From a virus, in the IMG/VR virus record IMGVR_UViG_2907847951_000001, positions 2,430-66,429 of that record: a DNA stretch of 64,000 nt; one strand, written 5' to 3'. Position numbers and translations under genes: made by a program. Position 1 is the first letter of the stretch. Every line of letters starts with the position of its first letter. The notes under the pieces were generated by a model. The model was not told the origin of the DNA, did not search any database, and saw only the letters and a list, made by a program, of their open reading frames with translations. Below, piece after piece: positions 1 through 9,941 of this stretch.

Positions 1-529
1 CGTCATTATTATTCGGTATGCCAAAAAGAAGCGCGTCATCCCTGCCAGGGTGTTTACCGCCATACGTGGATAGCATGGCAAACCCAAACCCACGACCAGA
101 CTGACCGCCGATTCCAGTGCGCATAATTCCGTAGTGGTTAATAATGTAATCTTTCCACTGGGGCAATGCCTTTAATTTGCGGTTAGCGCCATCTATAACT
201 GCATCCAGTTCTTTGTTATATGCTCTTCCTTCTTTTGTGTTTCCCTTTCCGCGAGCAATAACAACGCGCTTACCATCAAAGAAATCCTCCCGCTTTATGG
301 TGACAGGGCAGGGGAACTGGAAGTCTTTATCCCATGCAAAACCCTGAATTAGCCCGCCTCCACCGCCCCAACTGCTGGTCAGTGTCCATGCAACTGCACC
401 AACAGACTCAGCCGCATTGGCAATGATTGAAGTTCTTTCTTCATTGATAGCGTTATATCCATCAATGAGGTTTTTCACATCTTCACCTTCGACCATGTAA
501 TAGTCGTAGTATTTGCTTTGGTCTGACAT
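1..529 (-). CDS. Eac-like early protein (3' end outside window)
   Basis: Manual translation MSDQSKYYDYYMVEGEDVK..., open to the window edge, GGAGAG RBS; family assigned from recall and position near int/xis. Confidence 0.65.
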   Translation of the reverse strand, partial: MSDQSKYYDYYMVEGEDVKNLIDGYNAINEERTSIIANAAESVGAVAWTLTSSWGGGGGLIQGFAWDKDFQFPCPVTIKREDFFDGKRVVIARGKGNTKEGRAYNKELDAVIDGANRKLKALPQWKDYIINHYGIMRTGIGGQSGRGFGFAMLSTYGGKHPGRDDALLFGIPNNND

Positions 530-564
530 TTATCTCTCCCAATAAATAAATCGCCCGCAGGCAG

Positions 565-1386
565 TTATACGATTTTGAGGTGGGGAATTTCCCCGGCGAT
601 AATTTGATCGGCGAGTTCAAGGTATAATGGCTCAATACCGAACCGCCCTACAGGAACGGCACCACCTGCGGCGATATGAAGAGCTTTTGCTAATTCTTCA
701 CGCTTCATATCTGCTTCTGAGCTGATTTTTCGGAATTCGAAATTTGCTGGATGACCAACCGTTTCGCCAGGGTAGCAGACAGGCTGAATAACAACCGTGA
801 ATTCACTTGCGTATTTCACCACTCCGTTGAACCATTCGCTTTGTTCAGATTTTTTATACTTACGGTATTGGCACTCACACCCAACCGGAGGTAATCCTTC
901 TCCATTCCAAATCGGAACCTCTTCGGATGGTAATTGCTGCTCTACTGGTTTGTGCAGGCGGTAGGCGATAATATCAGAATCAGTTCCGTTATGATTCCAG
1001 CGCCAACAGTCGGCAATATTAGTAGCCACTACTTTTTTATACCTGAACATAGCATCAACTATGGCATAAGCATTCACTGGGCGCTCACCGCCACCCCAAG
1101 TAATCCAACTGTCTTTTTCTGCTGCCAGCGCGGCTTCATACTGTTCGCGGGTGATGATTGTCTCTGCGTAGTCATCAGCCAATAATGCTTCGATTCGAGC
1201 CTTGCCATCATGCTGCGCCACGCTATCTGTTGGGATGCTCCATGTATCAAAAAAACCTCTAAAGTGTATCTTGCCACTAGTGAAAAAGCATACCTCACCA
1301 TTTCCATCTTGGGCGCATTGATGCCATTTCTCATCCCAACCACCACGTTTCGGTAATTCTTGAATTAAAATCTCTAATAAAGTCAT
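565..1386 (-). CDS. Multidomain phage early protein of unknown function
   Basis: 273 aa ORF with GGAG RBS; contains WxxWxGGxxP...DIIAYR and WNGEGLPPVG modules typical of ea-region proteins. Confidence 0.8.
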   Translation of the reverse strand: MTLLEILIQELPKRGGWDEKWHQCAQDGNGEVCFFTSGKIHFRGFFDTWSIPTDSVAQHDGKARIEALLADDYAETIITREQYEAALAAEKDSWITWGGGERPVNAYAIVDAMFRYKKVVATNIADCWRWNHNGTDSDIIAYRLHKPVEQQLPSEEVPIWNGEGLPPVGCECQYRKYKKSEQSEWFNGVVKYASEFTVVIQPVCYPGETVGHPANFEFRKISSEADMKREELAKALHIAAGGAVPVGRFGIEPLYLELADQIIAGEIPHLKIV

Positions 1387-1400
1387 GATTTACTCCCAAT

Positions 1401-1423
1401 AAAAAACCCGCACTCGGCGGGTT
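1401..1423 (-). terminator. Intrinsic terminator
   Basis: AACCCGC-ACTCG-GCGGGTT hairpin followed by a T-run on the minus strand. Confidence 0.7.
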
Positions 1424-1443
1424 ATATTTATTCGATGTTTGGT

Positions 1444-1701
1444 TTACTTCTTCGCGTTCTGCTCTGCCATCTCAATGTAGCGCGGGTCAGTTGCTTTAGG
1501 TAGCGCGATGCTTCTTTCCCTGTAGTAGCGGACGCGCTCCATGAAGTAGTCCCTGAGGTGTTCAGACTGCTCTCTGGCCACCACTTCGGCGACAACTGGC
1601 ATGTTCAGCCGCTCTTTGTAGGCGACGCCGGACGCTGCGAGGTCTACATTGACCTTATCCTGCTCGTCTTTTGTCTTTGATGCGATATTCCACTGTGACA
1701 T
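1444..1701 (-). CDS. hot: DNA polymerase III theta subunit homolog (phage P1 Hot-like)
   Basis: [31 protein letters not shown] matches the HolE/Hot signature. Confidence 0.92.
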   Translation of the reverse strand: MSQWNIASKTKDEQDKVNVDLAASGVAYKERLNMPVVAEVVAREQSEHLRDYFMERVRYYRERSIALPKATDPRYIEMAEQNAKK

Positions 1702-1787
1702 AAGAAAAATCCCCTCTGCTGTGGAGGGGATTATATAGCATCAAGTGGATGGGTGCGCGGCTTTGCGTTCTGCGGGTGATTTAGGCA

Positions 1788-1985
1788 TCAACTTACCTCC
1801 CGCTCAATGTCAGGAAGAACTGCTTTAACGGCTTCGCGGACCTCTTTCATTGAACGATCAAACCAGTTTACCGAGGTTGTATAACCGTCGAACTTCGCGC
1901 CTTTGGCATTAATTTTTGCTACCGTAATATCTCTGGCCGCATTAATCATCGCTACGGCTACAGCTTCAGGGATTTGGTTAATCAC
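1788..1985 (-). CDS. Hypothetical phage protein
   Basis: 65 aa ORF overlapping the upstream gene's stop. Confidence 0.65.
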   Translation of the reverse strand: MINQIPEAVAVAMINAARDITVAKINAKGAKFDGYTTSVNWFDRSMKEVREAVKAVLPDIEREVS

Positions 1986-2808
1986 CTTTCACCTCCTGCG
2001 GCGCTGCTGGCAGCGGCATCCAGTGGGTTACGCTGTCGACAGGTTCATCATCGTCATATTCAAGAGCCTGAATATAGAAACCTTTCTTTTTGGCGTATGA
2101 AACCCCAGACATAACAATGCCGTCTGTGAATACAATCATGTCACCACCCGCCTCCGGCAGCCGCTCGCTTACCGGAATCCATGTACCCGGCACGGTGGCG
2201 GGTTCACTGCCGGGTGACTGCGGGGCGGCTGCATTCCGCAGAGCATCTTCCAGATTTGTGACATGCTCAGAGATAGCAATCTCATCCGGTCCGAACTCAT
2301 ATAGAGCATCCAGCAGTGCGCGGGCGGAATTAAACATGCCCGCGGTCGAACCATCCGGAATTACCGGAGAGCTGCCAGCATGCACCGGACATGGCCAGCG
2401 CAGCGAACCGTCGCCGCTGGGGCATGTGCAAACAGGAGAAGCCTGGAGCATGGTGGCGCGGCAGGCGTTCCAGGTGCGCATTACTATCACGGACACATCA
2501 TCGAACAACCGCATATCCTGGACAAATTTGCAGGCGTCCCTGATAGTCATTTCCTCCGGCGCTACCGGCGCTGGCTGCGCGTAGCGATAGAGAAAATAAA
2601 CATCATCAGGCAATTTGTGTGCCGCAGATGAGAAAACCAGCGCGAACTTATTGCCGTCAGGCCGCCTGCTTTGCACATCCAGCGTCGCCACCGGCTCGCT
2701 TTCCATTGCGGCCAGCGCCATGCGGGCCAGCTCTTTGCTTTCGCCATGCTTCAGGAAACCGTCTTCAGCGATTTCCTGCAGGCGATCTCTGGTTAATTTG
2801 CTGGTCAT
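1978..2808 (-). CDS. Eaa-like protein with C-terminal DUF551 domain
   Basis: MTSKLTRDRL start, ELARMALAAM and WNACRA modules, WIPVSERLP...VTHWMPLPAAP DUF551 motif. Confidence 0.85.
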   Translation of the reverse strand: MTSKLTRDRLQEIAEDGFLKHGESKELARMALAAMESEPVATLDVQSRRPDGNKFALVFSSAAHKLPDDVYFLYRYAQPAPVAPEEMTIRDACKFVQDMRLFDDVSVIVMRTWNACRATMLQASPVCTCPSGDGSLRWPCPVHAGSSPVIPDGSTAGMFNSARALLDALYEFGPDEIAISEHVTNLEDALRNAAAPQSPGSEPATVPGTWIPVSERLPEAGGDMIVFTDGIVMSGVSYAKKKGFYIQALEYDDDEPVDSVTHWMPLPAAPQEVKGD

Positions 2809-3017
2809 TGGTTGGCTCCCCGTGAAATTTTGTGGCCCGGCGCATAGCAGCGCTGGCGGTCTTTGCTTATGCGCCAGCCAGCTTTGCGCGCCTGTTGAGA
2901 AATGTCGGTCATATTCCGGCCGATGAAATCAGCCTGCCCCTGCGGATAGATTTTCCCTGACTGACAACCATCACAGTCGCAGTAGAGGTCCGCGCAGAAT
3001 CCTTCAGTGATAGCCAT
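2805..3017 (-). CDS. Small Cys-rich hypothetical protein
   Basis: CDCDGC...GW...CYAP pattern; coupled overlaps with neighbours. Confidence 0.7.
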   Translation of the reverse strand: MAITEGFCADLYCDCDGCQSGKIYPQGQADFIGRNMTDISQQARKAGWRISKDRQRCYAPGHKISRGANQ

Positions 3018-3976
3018 CACTCAACCTCCACCTTGATGCCAGCGGCGCGCATAGCGGCGACATCACCAGCGCGCACACCTTCAGCCAGTAGCCGGAGGGC
3101 CCGATTTAGCGTTTTATCGTGAACCTCTGCCAGGTACTCATTGATATCGGTCAGCTTCACGGTGACGGCGCTGGCTTGTGGCGATGCCAGCTTGTACGCC
3201 ATAACATCCATGTCTCCGCCGGTATTCATCCACCCTTTAACCTTTCCCGCCGGGTACGGAATTTTCAGCTCCTGTTTTCTGGTTTTCAGGTATACAAGTT
3301 CATCCAGACCCAGCGATTCCGGTCGCCATTTCCCGTCATGTTCTATCCAGTCGGTGACGGTGCGGGACTCAAGCTCAGGAATCCCGCCTGCCAGCGTTAA
3401 CGGCAGCCATTCACCCGACTTTTTACGCACCTCTTCCAGTTTCGAATCGTGTATCGGCCCTTCATAACCACCATCAGATTTAACCCTCACCCAGAACAGA
3501 GGCGGGTTGCAGGCTGTTACCGACTCCAGTTTCGGAATAAGACCGGACGTAATTGCATCAACGTAAGCATCAGAAATATCCTCATCAGCTCCGTCAAAGA
3601 CGTAGCAACTATCACGGATAAATTTCAGGAGCGCCGCTTTATGTGATTCCAGCTCGGCGATGCGATTGCGCAGTGCCTCCAACTCGCTATCAGCCTCAAT
3701 CAACTGAGCGCGAAGCTCCGGGGCTTTTTCGTCAGCATGGAGCCTCAACTGGGTAACCTCGTCAAACAGAGCACAAGCGATATTTCCCTGCTGAGTTGCT
3801 TTGGCCTGCGCCTTCTCCAGCGCCTCTACCAGCGCGATGACATTGTTTGGGTTGGCCAGGGCGTAAAATTTCTCCGCCGCCGCACGGCCTTTCGAATACC
3901 GGGCGATAATGGCGAGCTCTTTGGCATCGATCGCTGCCGCTTTCATAGCTGGCGCCAGTTCGGTGATATCAGTCAT
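3017..3976 (-). CDS. Ead/Ea22-like family protein
   Basis: MTDITELA start, ANPxxVIALVEALE motif, RIAELES coiled coil, AGIKVE end. Confidence 0.85.
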   Translation of the reverse strand: MTDITELAPAMKAAAIDAKELAIIARYSKGRAAAEKFYALANPNNVIALVEALEKAQAKATQQGNIACALFDEVTQLRLHADEKAPELRAQLIEADSELEALRNRIAELESHKAALLKFIRDSCYVFDGADEDISDAYVDAITSGLIPKLESVTACNPPLFWVRVKSDGGYEGPIHDSKLEEVRKKSGEWLPLTLAGGIPELESRTVTDWIEHDGKWRPESLGLDELVYLKTRKQELKIPYPAGKVKGWMNTGGDMDVMAYKLASPQASAVTVKLTDINEYLAEVHDKTLNRALRLLAEGVRAGDVAAMRAAGIKVEVE

Positions 3977-4242
3977 GCTGCATCCTCCAGACCGATTAGC
4001 TCGGCAATCTGTGCCAGCGTGTCTTCGCTTTCACCAACCGGCTTGTCCATCCAGTCAAATGAAATCAACTTGCCGTCCTCGATTACGCCGAAATTGAAAT
4101 CGTCGCTATCCACAGCCCGAAAACCGTGCGATATGGCTCCATTGCGGGTCTCGTAGTGGATGAGGTCGGATGAATATTCGATACCGTGCCCACCTTCGTT
4201 ACACCAGGCTCGCCGGATAATTACGATGAATGACTTGCTCAT
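3973..4242 (-). CDS. Hypothetical phage protein
   Basis: 89 aa ORF, ATGA overlaps at both ends. Confidence 0.75.
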   Translation of the reverse strand: MSKSFIVIIRRAWCNEGGHGIEYSSDLIHYETRNGAISHGFRAVDSDDFNFGVIEDGKLISFDWMDKPVGESEDTLAQIAELIGLEDAA

Positions 4243-4721
4243 TTGTCGGCCCCCTTCACGAAAATTACCCAGTGCGTTTTGTCCGCTTTCCCTGTGCGTT
4301 GCCAGATAGCCGGCTTCTCGTCGGTCAGCGCCAGAATCTGGCTAACCGGTATCTGGGTTTCATTCCATTTGAAGATGAGTACGCCGTGTGGCCGCAGCAC
4401 TCTGAACGCTTCTTTGAAACCCGCACGCAGGTCATCGCGCCAGGTGTCTTTGTTCAGGCGACCGTATTTCTTTCCCATCCAGGCGTTTTCGCCCACTCGT
4501 TCAAGATGCGGCGGGTCAAACACGACAATGGGGAAAGAGGCGTCAGCGAACGGCAGCGCGCGGAAGTCGGCGATAATGTCCGGACTGATAACCAGGCTGC
4601 GTCCGTCGCAAAGTTTGTGCTTCTCAGCACGGATATCACTGAATACAGCGCGCTCGTCCTGTTTATCGAACCAGAACATGCGGGAGCCACAGCACATGTC
4701 GAGGATGGTTTGCTCAGTCAT
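4239..4721 (-). CDS. Orphan SAM-dependent (probable amino-DNA) methyltransferase
   Basis: ILDMCCGSRMFW SAM motif and VVFDPPH catalytic motif. Confidence 0.85.
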   Translation of the reverse strand: MTEQTILDMCCGSRMFWFDKQDERAVFSDIRAEKHKLCDGRSLVISPDIIADFRALPFADASFPIVVFDPPHLERVGENAWMGKKYGRLNKDTWRDDLRAGFKEAFRVLRPHGVLIFKWNETQIPVSQILALTDEKPAIWQRTGKADKTHWVIFVKGADK

Positions 4722-5200
4722 TTGGCCCCCTCGCGCAGCAGCTCTGCGTATTCAGATGCCGCTCTGCTTGCTCTGGCTTTCCAGCCGGTTGTAATGTTGT
4801 TGTCTTTGATCGCCTCTTCAGCAAACATCAGAGCGAACATCTCCACCCCATCAGCCTTAATCCCGGCTACGATGCGATCGGTGGCGGGGGTTTTAGGAAC
4901 CCAGCGATGCATGGCCATCACAGCTGCATTGAACCCAATCTCTTCTGCCAATGTCACGTCATCCATGCTTTCATTTTGATAATCAATATTTTTAAGTTGA
5001 GGGATTGCCTCCTTTAGCCCCACATTCTCCGCAGCCAGCTTATCCATTTCGATGCTGCGGCCCTTCCAGCCTTCCCACATCGCACCCAGCATCAGAAACC
5101 AATGTTCGCCACATGCTGATTTCTTCTCGTTAAAGAACCAGGTGACGAATTCAATGCTCATTTTGTTTTGCTGTGCAATCTGTTCAATTTCGTTTTGCAT
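4718..5200 (-). CDS. Ea-region protein, paralog of 17780..18388
   Basis: First ~60 aa near-identical to the 17780 ORF; TPATDRIVA motif. Confidence 0.85.
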   Translation of the reverse strand: MQNEIEQIAQQNKMSIEFVTWFFNEKKSACGEHWFLMLGAMWEGWKGRSIEMDKLAAENVGLKEAIPQLKNIDYQNESMDDVTLAEEIGFNAAVMAMHRWVPKTPATDRIVAGIKADGVEMFALMFAEEAIKDNNITTGWKARASRAASEYAELLREGAK

Positions 5201-5209
5201 TGTCTAACC

Positions 5210-5551
5210 TCAAGCCGCCTGTTCAACAGGCGGCATATATGATTTATACAGGCTGCAAACTACTCCGGCCTCAATTAACCGCTCATGCAGACATTCATCA
5301 CTGACACATGCAAACAGAACATTGCCTGAACTTAAATTCAGCTCATCAGGCATGACGATATCCCATGCGAGCATATATAAGTCGCCAATCCACTGGCGGT
5401 CTTGTTTGTTTCGTTTGTCGGCTAAGATGATGATGTCGTGACCAGCAGAATAGAGAGAGCGGAGTAAGTCGACGTTGCAGATTATTTGATTGCCTGAATT
5501 GTCTCTGAGGGCATCCAGGCTGAAGACGATAAACTTATCGAGTCTTCCCAT
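5210..5551 (-). CDS. Hypothetical protein, degenerate HAD-like fold
   Basis: FIVFSLDAL...LRSLYSAGHDIIILA resembles HAD motifs I/II but lacks the first Asp. Confidence 0.6.
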   Translation of the reverse strand: MGRLDKFIVFSLDALRDNSGNQIICNVDLLRSLYSAGHDIIILADKRNKQDRQWIGDLYMLAWDIVMPDELNLSSGNVLFACVSDECLHERLIEAGVVCSLYKSYMPPVEQAA

Positions 5552-5559
5552 AGCACCTC

Positions 5560-5763
5560 TTAGTGCATAGTTTTATGCATCACTGGATGTTCCGTTGTTG
5601 CCCATTGGAGTTCTTTCTCCGGGTGAGATGAGGGGGTGCCATCATCCCATTGAATGAAGTAGTAGGGTGGTGAGCCGTCTTGCTGTTCGAATATGTTCAT
5701 CACATATCCGCGAATATCACCAGATACGTGTTTAACTATCGCGTTCTGAGGGAATTTTGGCAT
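5560..5763 (-). CDS. Small SH3-like hypothetical protein
   Basis: 67 aa ORF, VKH...G.V...YFIQWDDG...EKEL pattern. Confidence 0.65.
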   Translation of the reverse strand: MPKFPQNAIVKHVSGDIRGYVMNIFEQQDGSPPYYFIQWDDGTPSSHPEKELQWATTEHPVMHKTMH

Positions 5764-6088
5764 TTTTGGACTCCTTTATTAATAAGAAGACTATTACCAC
5801 TGCTCGCAATGGGTTTCTATGGGTGGATGATAATCCTGATTCATGTTCCGCTTTCCACACTGTTTTCCCTAAAGGTGTGATGCCTATGCGAAGCTTTTTT
5901 ATTGCCGGGAAAAGCTCTTCTGCTCGTCTTAATGGGAAGTATCCTGTGGTTGCCACAGTATTAAGCCAGTTCCATGATAATTGCGCTCCAGAATCATCAT
6001 TTGGATGAATTGTTGCGGTGTATTTTGGTTTTAGAAAGTACGCAATCCTTACGCTAATTTCACCATCACTCATTTTGCTGTAATCCAT
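5732..6088 (-). CDS. NinX/DUF2591-like protein
   Basis: MDYSKMSDGEI start and NPLRAVVIVFL C-terminal motif. Confidence 0.75.
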   Translation of the reverse strand: MDYSKMSDGEISVRIAYFLKPKYTATIHPNDDSGAQLSWNWLNTVATTGYFPLRRAEELFPAIKKLRIGITPLGKTVWKAEHESGLSSTHRNPLRAVVIVFLLIKESKNAKIPSERDS

Positions 6089-6264
6089 CACACCATCCTC
6101 TCTTTCTTCTTGCTCTTCAAAATAGCGTCCAGATACTTGTTATCGTTCACGCTTGGAAAGCTATTCCGCCCGGCCAGTTCTTCCTTCGTTGGCACCTTGT
6201 CCATTCTGTGGCGAATTGATAAATCATCAGGGAATATTGTGGGGTCGTAGTTTCTTCCGATCAT
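6088..6264 (-). CDS. DUF2737 family small protein
   Basis: Manual translation MIGRNYDPTIFP...PTKEELAGRNSFPSVNDNKYLDAIL (58 aa). Confidence 0.75.
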   Translation of the reverse strand: MIGRNYDPTIFPDDLSIRHRMDKVPTKEELAGRNSFPSVNDNKYLDAILKSKKKERMV

Positions 6265-6329
6265 GATGTTTCTCCGGTAGAGAATAGGGTGGTGATGAGA
6301 GTGTTCAGGCTCAATAAGCTGTTTATAAG

Positions 6330-6569
6330 CTATGCCTTGTCTTTAAGGTCAGCGCGAAGGTGAATTTCTTTTCCATTTGGAGCCTGAAATATAAGCACGT
6401 CATCGCGGGCAATCATCAAATGAGCGACAGCAAACAGCGCATCATCCGTAACATCGAACTTTTCCCCAGTGAATTCGCGCACGCCAGGGGACAACTTGCT
6501 TGGCTTCGAGCGGCCAGCAAAGATGCGGTTAGTTAATCCTGACAGCCCGACAGTAATAGGATTGCTCAT
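6330..6569 (-). CDS. Hypothetical phage protein
   Basis: 79 aa ORF, S.LTNRIFAGR...GEKFDVT pattern. Confidence 0.75.
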   Translation of the reverse strand: MSNPITVGLSGLTNRIFAGRSKPSKLSPGVREFTGEKFDVTDDALFAVAHLMIARDDVLIFQAPNGKEIHLRADLKDKA

Positions 6570-6838
6570 GATTCCACCGCCTTACTCAGCTTCTCGCCGA
6601 GCGCAAAGATATAGTCGCGTAATTCTTCCAGTGACCGCGCTTCTGATTGAAGAATCTCCCGGTGGCATAACTCCTTCACCAGGTGCTCAAACTTGCTGTA
6701 GTAGCCGAGGCGTGCGAGCGTTTCCTGGCCGGCATTCTTTCCTTCCTTTACGATTTTCTTCTCGTTCAGGATTAGGTCGTGAGTTGACCCGGTGACGACG
6801 TATTTTTCACCGAGTTCGATATAAAGGCTTTTGCTCAT
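6566..6838 (-). CDS. DUF5405-like protein
   Basis: IELGEKYVVT...DLILNEKK...LGYY pattern; coupled overlaps. Confidence 0.7.
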   Translation of the reverse strand: MSKSLYIELGEKYVVTGSTHDLILNEKKIVKEGKNAGQETLARLGYYSKFEHLVKELCHREILQSEARSLEELRDYIFALGEKLSKAVES

Positions 6839-7134
6839 TGATTGGCTCCTGAAAGCAGGCCCAGTTGATAACGCTTAGACCTGACGGAATAAATGCTTCG
6901 GGAAGTTGATTTGGCTATCTCTTCCGCAGTCGAGGACTTAAAGAGAGAAAGTTCTTGCGCAGTCCATGGCTTAATTTTCATGTGATAGGTGAGCCTGACT
7001 CCCATCCTTGAGGCTTTTCCCCATATTGCCGGAATCGTTCTTTCGAGCTTCTCGGCGATCAATTCGGCAGGCATGGTGGCGGATACTTCGCGCAGGGAAT
7101 CCTCTTCCCACGACTCCCAGGGAATGCATTTCAT
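6835..7134 (-). CDS. Tandem Myb/SANT-like HTH protein
   Basis: Two W-x-x-x-E...IA..L.R(T/S)...(I/V)..K...(M/L)G repeats. Confidence 0.7.
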   Translation of the reverse strand: MKCIPWESWEEDSLREVSATMPAELIAEKLERTIPAIWGKASRMGVRLTYHMKIKPWTAQELSLFKSSTAEEIAKSTSRSIYSVRSKRYQLGLLSGANQ

Positions 7135-7811
7135 TTCCACTGCTCTCCGAAAGTGAATCCTATTTCCTCCAGAGCTTCATCCATCTTGCTGATGAACTCC
7201 GGCACCTGCTCGTCGAACTCATCCATGTATTTCTTCTCGCGCTCAACGATAACGTAATGAAGCCCTTCACGTTTCATGCGGGGGTCGTAATTGGCAAAGA
7301 ACCAGGCCTCCTTGCCTGTCACCCACATGCTGTATTGTACCTGTGCCATGTATGCCGCTTTGATAGCGTCAAAGCCTCCCAGGCGAAACTTCATGAAGTC
7401 CCGAGAGGTGAATGGGCACTTAAGCTCTAATCCAAAACCGTTGCTGCACAGCCCGTCTGGTGAGCAGGCCGTGCGAAGGGTTTCATCGCGGAACAGAATG
7501 GGGGATTCGATAACGTCTACGCAGGATGTAAACTTAAATAATGCCCGAGCGTCATCTTCATATTGCTTTCCCCATGCCAAAGACTTTGCGTTTACCTCAG
7601 GGGCTACGCCAGTGCACACCTCTGCAAGTAATGTGTGGAAATAGGATATTTTCATATCAGGCCATTTCGTGCCTGAGCGTGGTTTGGCGATGACGTTGTG
7701 AACCTCTGAGGCGGTGATGACTCCGAGCCTTAACTTTACCCAGTCCTCATCACCTTGCTCTACAGTGGTAACATCAATGCCGGTTCTCGCCAGTATGATT
7801 TCTGGTGTCAT
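7131..7811 (-). CDS. exo: Lambda exonuclease (Red alpha, YqaJ family)
   Basis: [13 protein letters not shown] start, [24 protein letters not shown] motifs. Confidence 0.95.
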   Translation of the reverse strand: MTPEIILARTGIDVTTVEQGDEDWVKLRLGVITASEVHNVIAKPRSGTKWPDMKISYFHTLLAEVCTGVAPEVNAKSLAWGKQYEDDARALFKFTSCVDVIESPILFRDETLRTACSPDGLCSNGFGLELKCPFTSRDFMKFRLGGFDAIKAAYMAQVQYSMWVTGKEAWFFANYDPRMKREGLHYVIVEREKKYMDEFDEQVPEFISKMDEALEEIGFTFGEQWK

Positions 7812-8722
7812 GCTGCCGCCTTATTTTTCAGAAAACTGAGAGCTTTAACGGCCTCTTCCTGCGTCAGTTCTGACGATTCACGAATTTCACGGCGGAAAAT
7901 TTGTGAGCACAGGGGGAGTAGGTTGTCATCCCACGTCTTATTCATTGAGATAAGGGCATCGTTTATCTCTTTGATAATTTGCATGTCAGCAGGGGTAATA
8001 TCCCGCTCAGGCTGGCGCTGCGCTGCAAAGTTAATACCTTCTTCACCTTCGGTATTTACGTGGTCTATCGCGGCATCCAGGCGTGTCCGGCGCGGCCAGT
8101 ATTTGGCGGCCTGCTTAACGACCGTTTTGAGTATCATCTGCTCTTCATCGGTAACCCATGGGCACTTCTTGCTGTTATCCGATTTGAATTTTTTCCATGC
8201 TTCTGAGCGGTCGCGGATTGAGTAGATTGCGTCAATCCTCATGGTGTGTGTTAAGTAATCACCATCATCGGTTTTGACTGTGACGTATGCGCCGACAATA
8301 TCCCCTCGCTGCTCTGCGGTATCGAAATCGTTGTAGATATGAACCGGCGGCTTATCGAGACCCTCACGACGGAACTGATCGTTTTTGCGAACGATCGACG
8401 ACTGGCACCACTTAATAGCCCCAGACTGCTGCGCAATATGCATCAGCCCCATGTAGCTGATGTCTAAGCAGACACCACCCTTTCTTGGAACCAGATAAGC
8501 CAGCTTCTGTGCAGGGTTAAGCGACACTCCGATGGCTGCGACGTTAACGATGGCGTTCTGCGTTGATACAGGGTTTGCCATAGCAATTTTCAGGAGATAG
8601 TCATTGTTCTGAAAACACTGAATGGCAAACTGGCTTTCCTTAGCCCATGTCACGCTCTGGTCAGTCAAAGCGCCGCAGAATAGCGGCTCCTGCTGTTTGA
8701 CGAACTCTACGATGTTGCTCAT
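7808..8722 (-). CDS. recT: RecT-family single-strand annealing recombinase
   Basis: [24 protein letters not shown]...[10 protein letters not shown] motifs; adjacent to exo. Confidence 0.9.
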   Translation of the reverse strand: MSNIVEFVKQQEPLFCGALTDQSVTWAKESQFAIQCFQNNDYLLKIAMANPVSTQNAIVNVAAIGVSLNPAQKLAYLVPRKGGVCLDISYMGLMHIAQQSGAIKWCQSSIVRKNDQFRREGLDKPPVHIYNDFDTAEQRGDIVGAYVTVKTDDGDYLTHTMRIDAIYSIRDRSEAWKKFKSDNSKKCPWVTDEEQMILKTVVKQAAKYWPRRTRLDAAIDHVNTEGEEGINFAAQRQPERDITPADMQIIKEINDALISMNKTWDDNLLPLCSQIFRREIRESSELTQEEAVKALSFLKNKAAA

Positions 8723-9027
8723 GCTGCATCCTCAAACGAATGGCGACGGATGAATGACGCCATAGCGCGCTCGACCACTACACGAGGCCGGAATAAGTCC
8801 CACATCGCTGTGCCGGCATAGTCCTGGTAATCACAGTCCTCTTCACTAAGCCATTCAGCTGCGGCCTTTGTGTGCTCGTCTGGTCTGTGGTCTTCAAGCA
8901 GGTTAAAAAGCGGCTGCGCTGATGCACACAGCCGCTCAACCTCTTTGTCTATCTCCTGATAATCCGCATCGGTAAACCCGGCGATAATCTGCTTAATTTC
9001 GTTTTTATCATTCATGCTCAGGCGCAT
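8719..9027 (-). CDS. Hypothetical phage protein
   Basis: ORF with RBS upstream of recT. Confidence 0.7.
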   Translation of the reverse strand: MRLSMNDKNEIKQIIAGFTDADYQEIDKEVERLCASAQPLFNLLEDHRPDEHTKAAAEWLSEEDCDYQDYAGTAMWDLFRPRVVVERAMASFIRRHSFEDAA

Positions 9028-9154
9028 CGTCTCTCTCCTGTTCATTGTCATGCTCGGATAACATGCCTTGCATGAGGCGAACGAAGTCTTCGTCAGGCAT
9101 AGAGCTGACGGGGATATGATTGGTCATGGTGGTGTTTGTTTAGGAAGGGTTAGG

Positions 9155-9424
9155 TTATTTACCGAGTGCTTTGGCGATTACAGCCTCTGCTCTGGCATAG
9201 CATTGCTTTGCCTCATCAGACATCCAAATCATGTGCTCCATGCATTCACGAAGCGACTCAAGCAATTCTGGTGCGGCCGCTATGAGGTAAGCCGTAGCCA
9301 ATTCTTCTTCATTTGTCACATACCCAGCAGTAGCTACTGTCAAAAACGATTGGTCATCTCTAATCCTCAATGCGTTTTCGTTGCTGACATGCCATGGGCC
9401 CGGTGTAAATTTAAACTCTTCCAT
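9155..9424 (-). CDS. TPGPW/LIAAAPELL family hypothetical protein
   Basis: FTPGPW and LIAAAPELLE motifs; paralog of 9942..10256. Confidence 0.8.
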   Translation of the reverse strand: MEEFKFTPGPWHVSNENALRIRDDQSFLTVATAGYVTNEEELATAYLIAAAPELLESLRECMEHMIWMSDEAKQCYARAEAVIAKALGK

Positions 9425-9576
9425 CACTTCCTCCTGAACCACGGATAACCAATTGCCGCCTTCATGTCGTCATACGCTGACATCCATAAGGCACCATCAC
9501 CGATATAACGGGCTATTGCTGCTTTACTCTGCGCAACCTGCAGCAGATACTGGTCTATTGGCTTAATGTTTGACAT
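9424..9576 (-). CDS. kil: Kil host cell-division inhibitor
   Basis: Manual translation MSNIKPIDQYLLQVAQSKAAIARYIGDGALW resembles lambda Kil DQTLMAIQTKFTIATFIGD; overlaps cIII. Confidence 0.75.
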   Translation of the reverse strand: MSNIKPIDQYLLQVAQSKAAIARYIGDGALWMSAYDDMKAAIGYPWFRRK

Positions 9577-9692
9577 AAGTCCTCCATAACCTTTCTGGCG
9601 GCTTTAATTAACTGGCGAACCTTACGTTCAAGTTCAGATTCAGGGTTGTAATAGGCGGCCAGGATGCAGCCGCCAGACATCGTAAGCATCAT
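9555..9692 (-). CDS. cIII: CIII-like FtsH protease inhibitor
   Basis: Manual translation ...ESELERKVRQLIKAARKVMEDLCQ resembles lambda CIII ESLLERITRKLRDGWKRLIDILNQ; position before kil. Confidence 0.7.
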   Translation of the reverse strand: MMLTMSGGCILAAYYNPESELERKVRQLIKAARKVMEDLCQTLSQ

Positions 9693-9941
9693 GGCGTTTC
9701 CTTAGTTAGTGATTACATTTCGATAGCGTCTTAATAAAACGCTGTTGAGATGTAAAAAAATTGCCGCCACGAATGACGGCAAATGACACAGGTTGATACT
9801 GGGCAATATCACGCTGTTAACTCAGCGAATTAACAGCAGGCTATTACCATGGGATGGTTAGCATGAGATATGCTATGGTGCCGTATATGAGGCACATAAA
9901 TGTCAGAGCGATGCTGAGAGAGCGAATGCCGTTTCTGCTCA

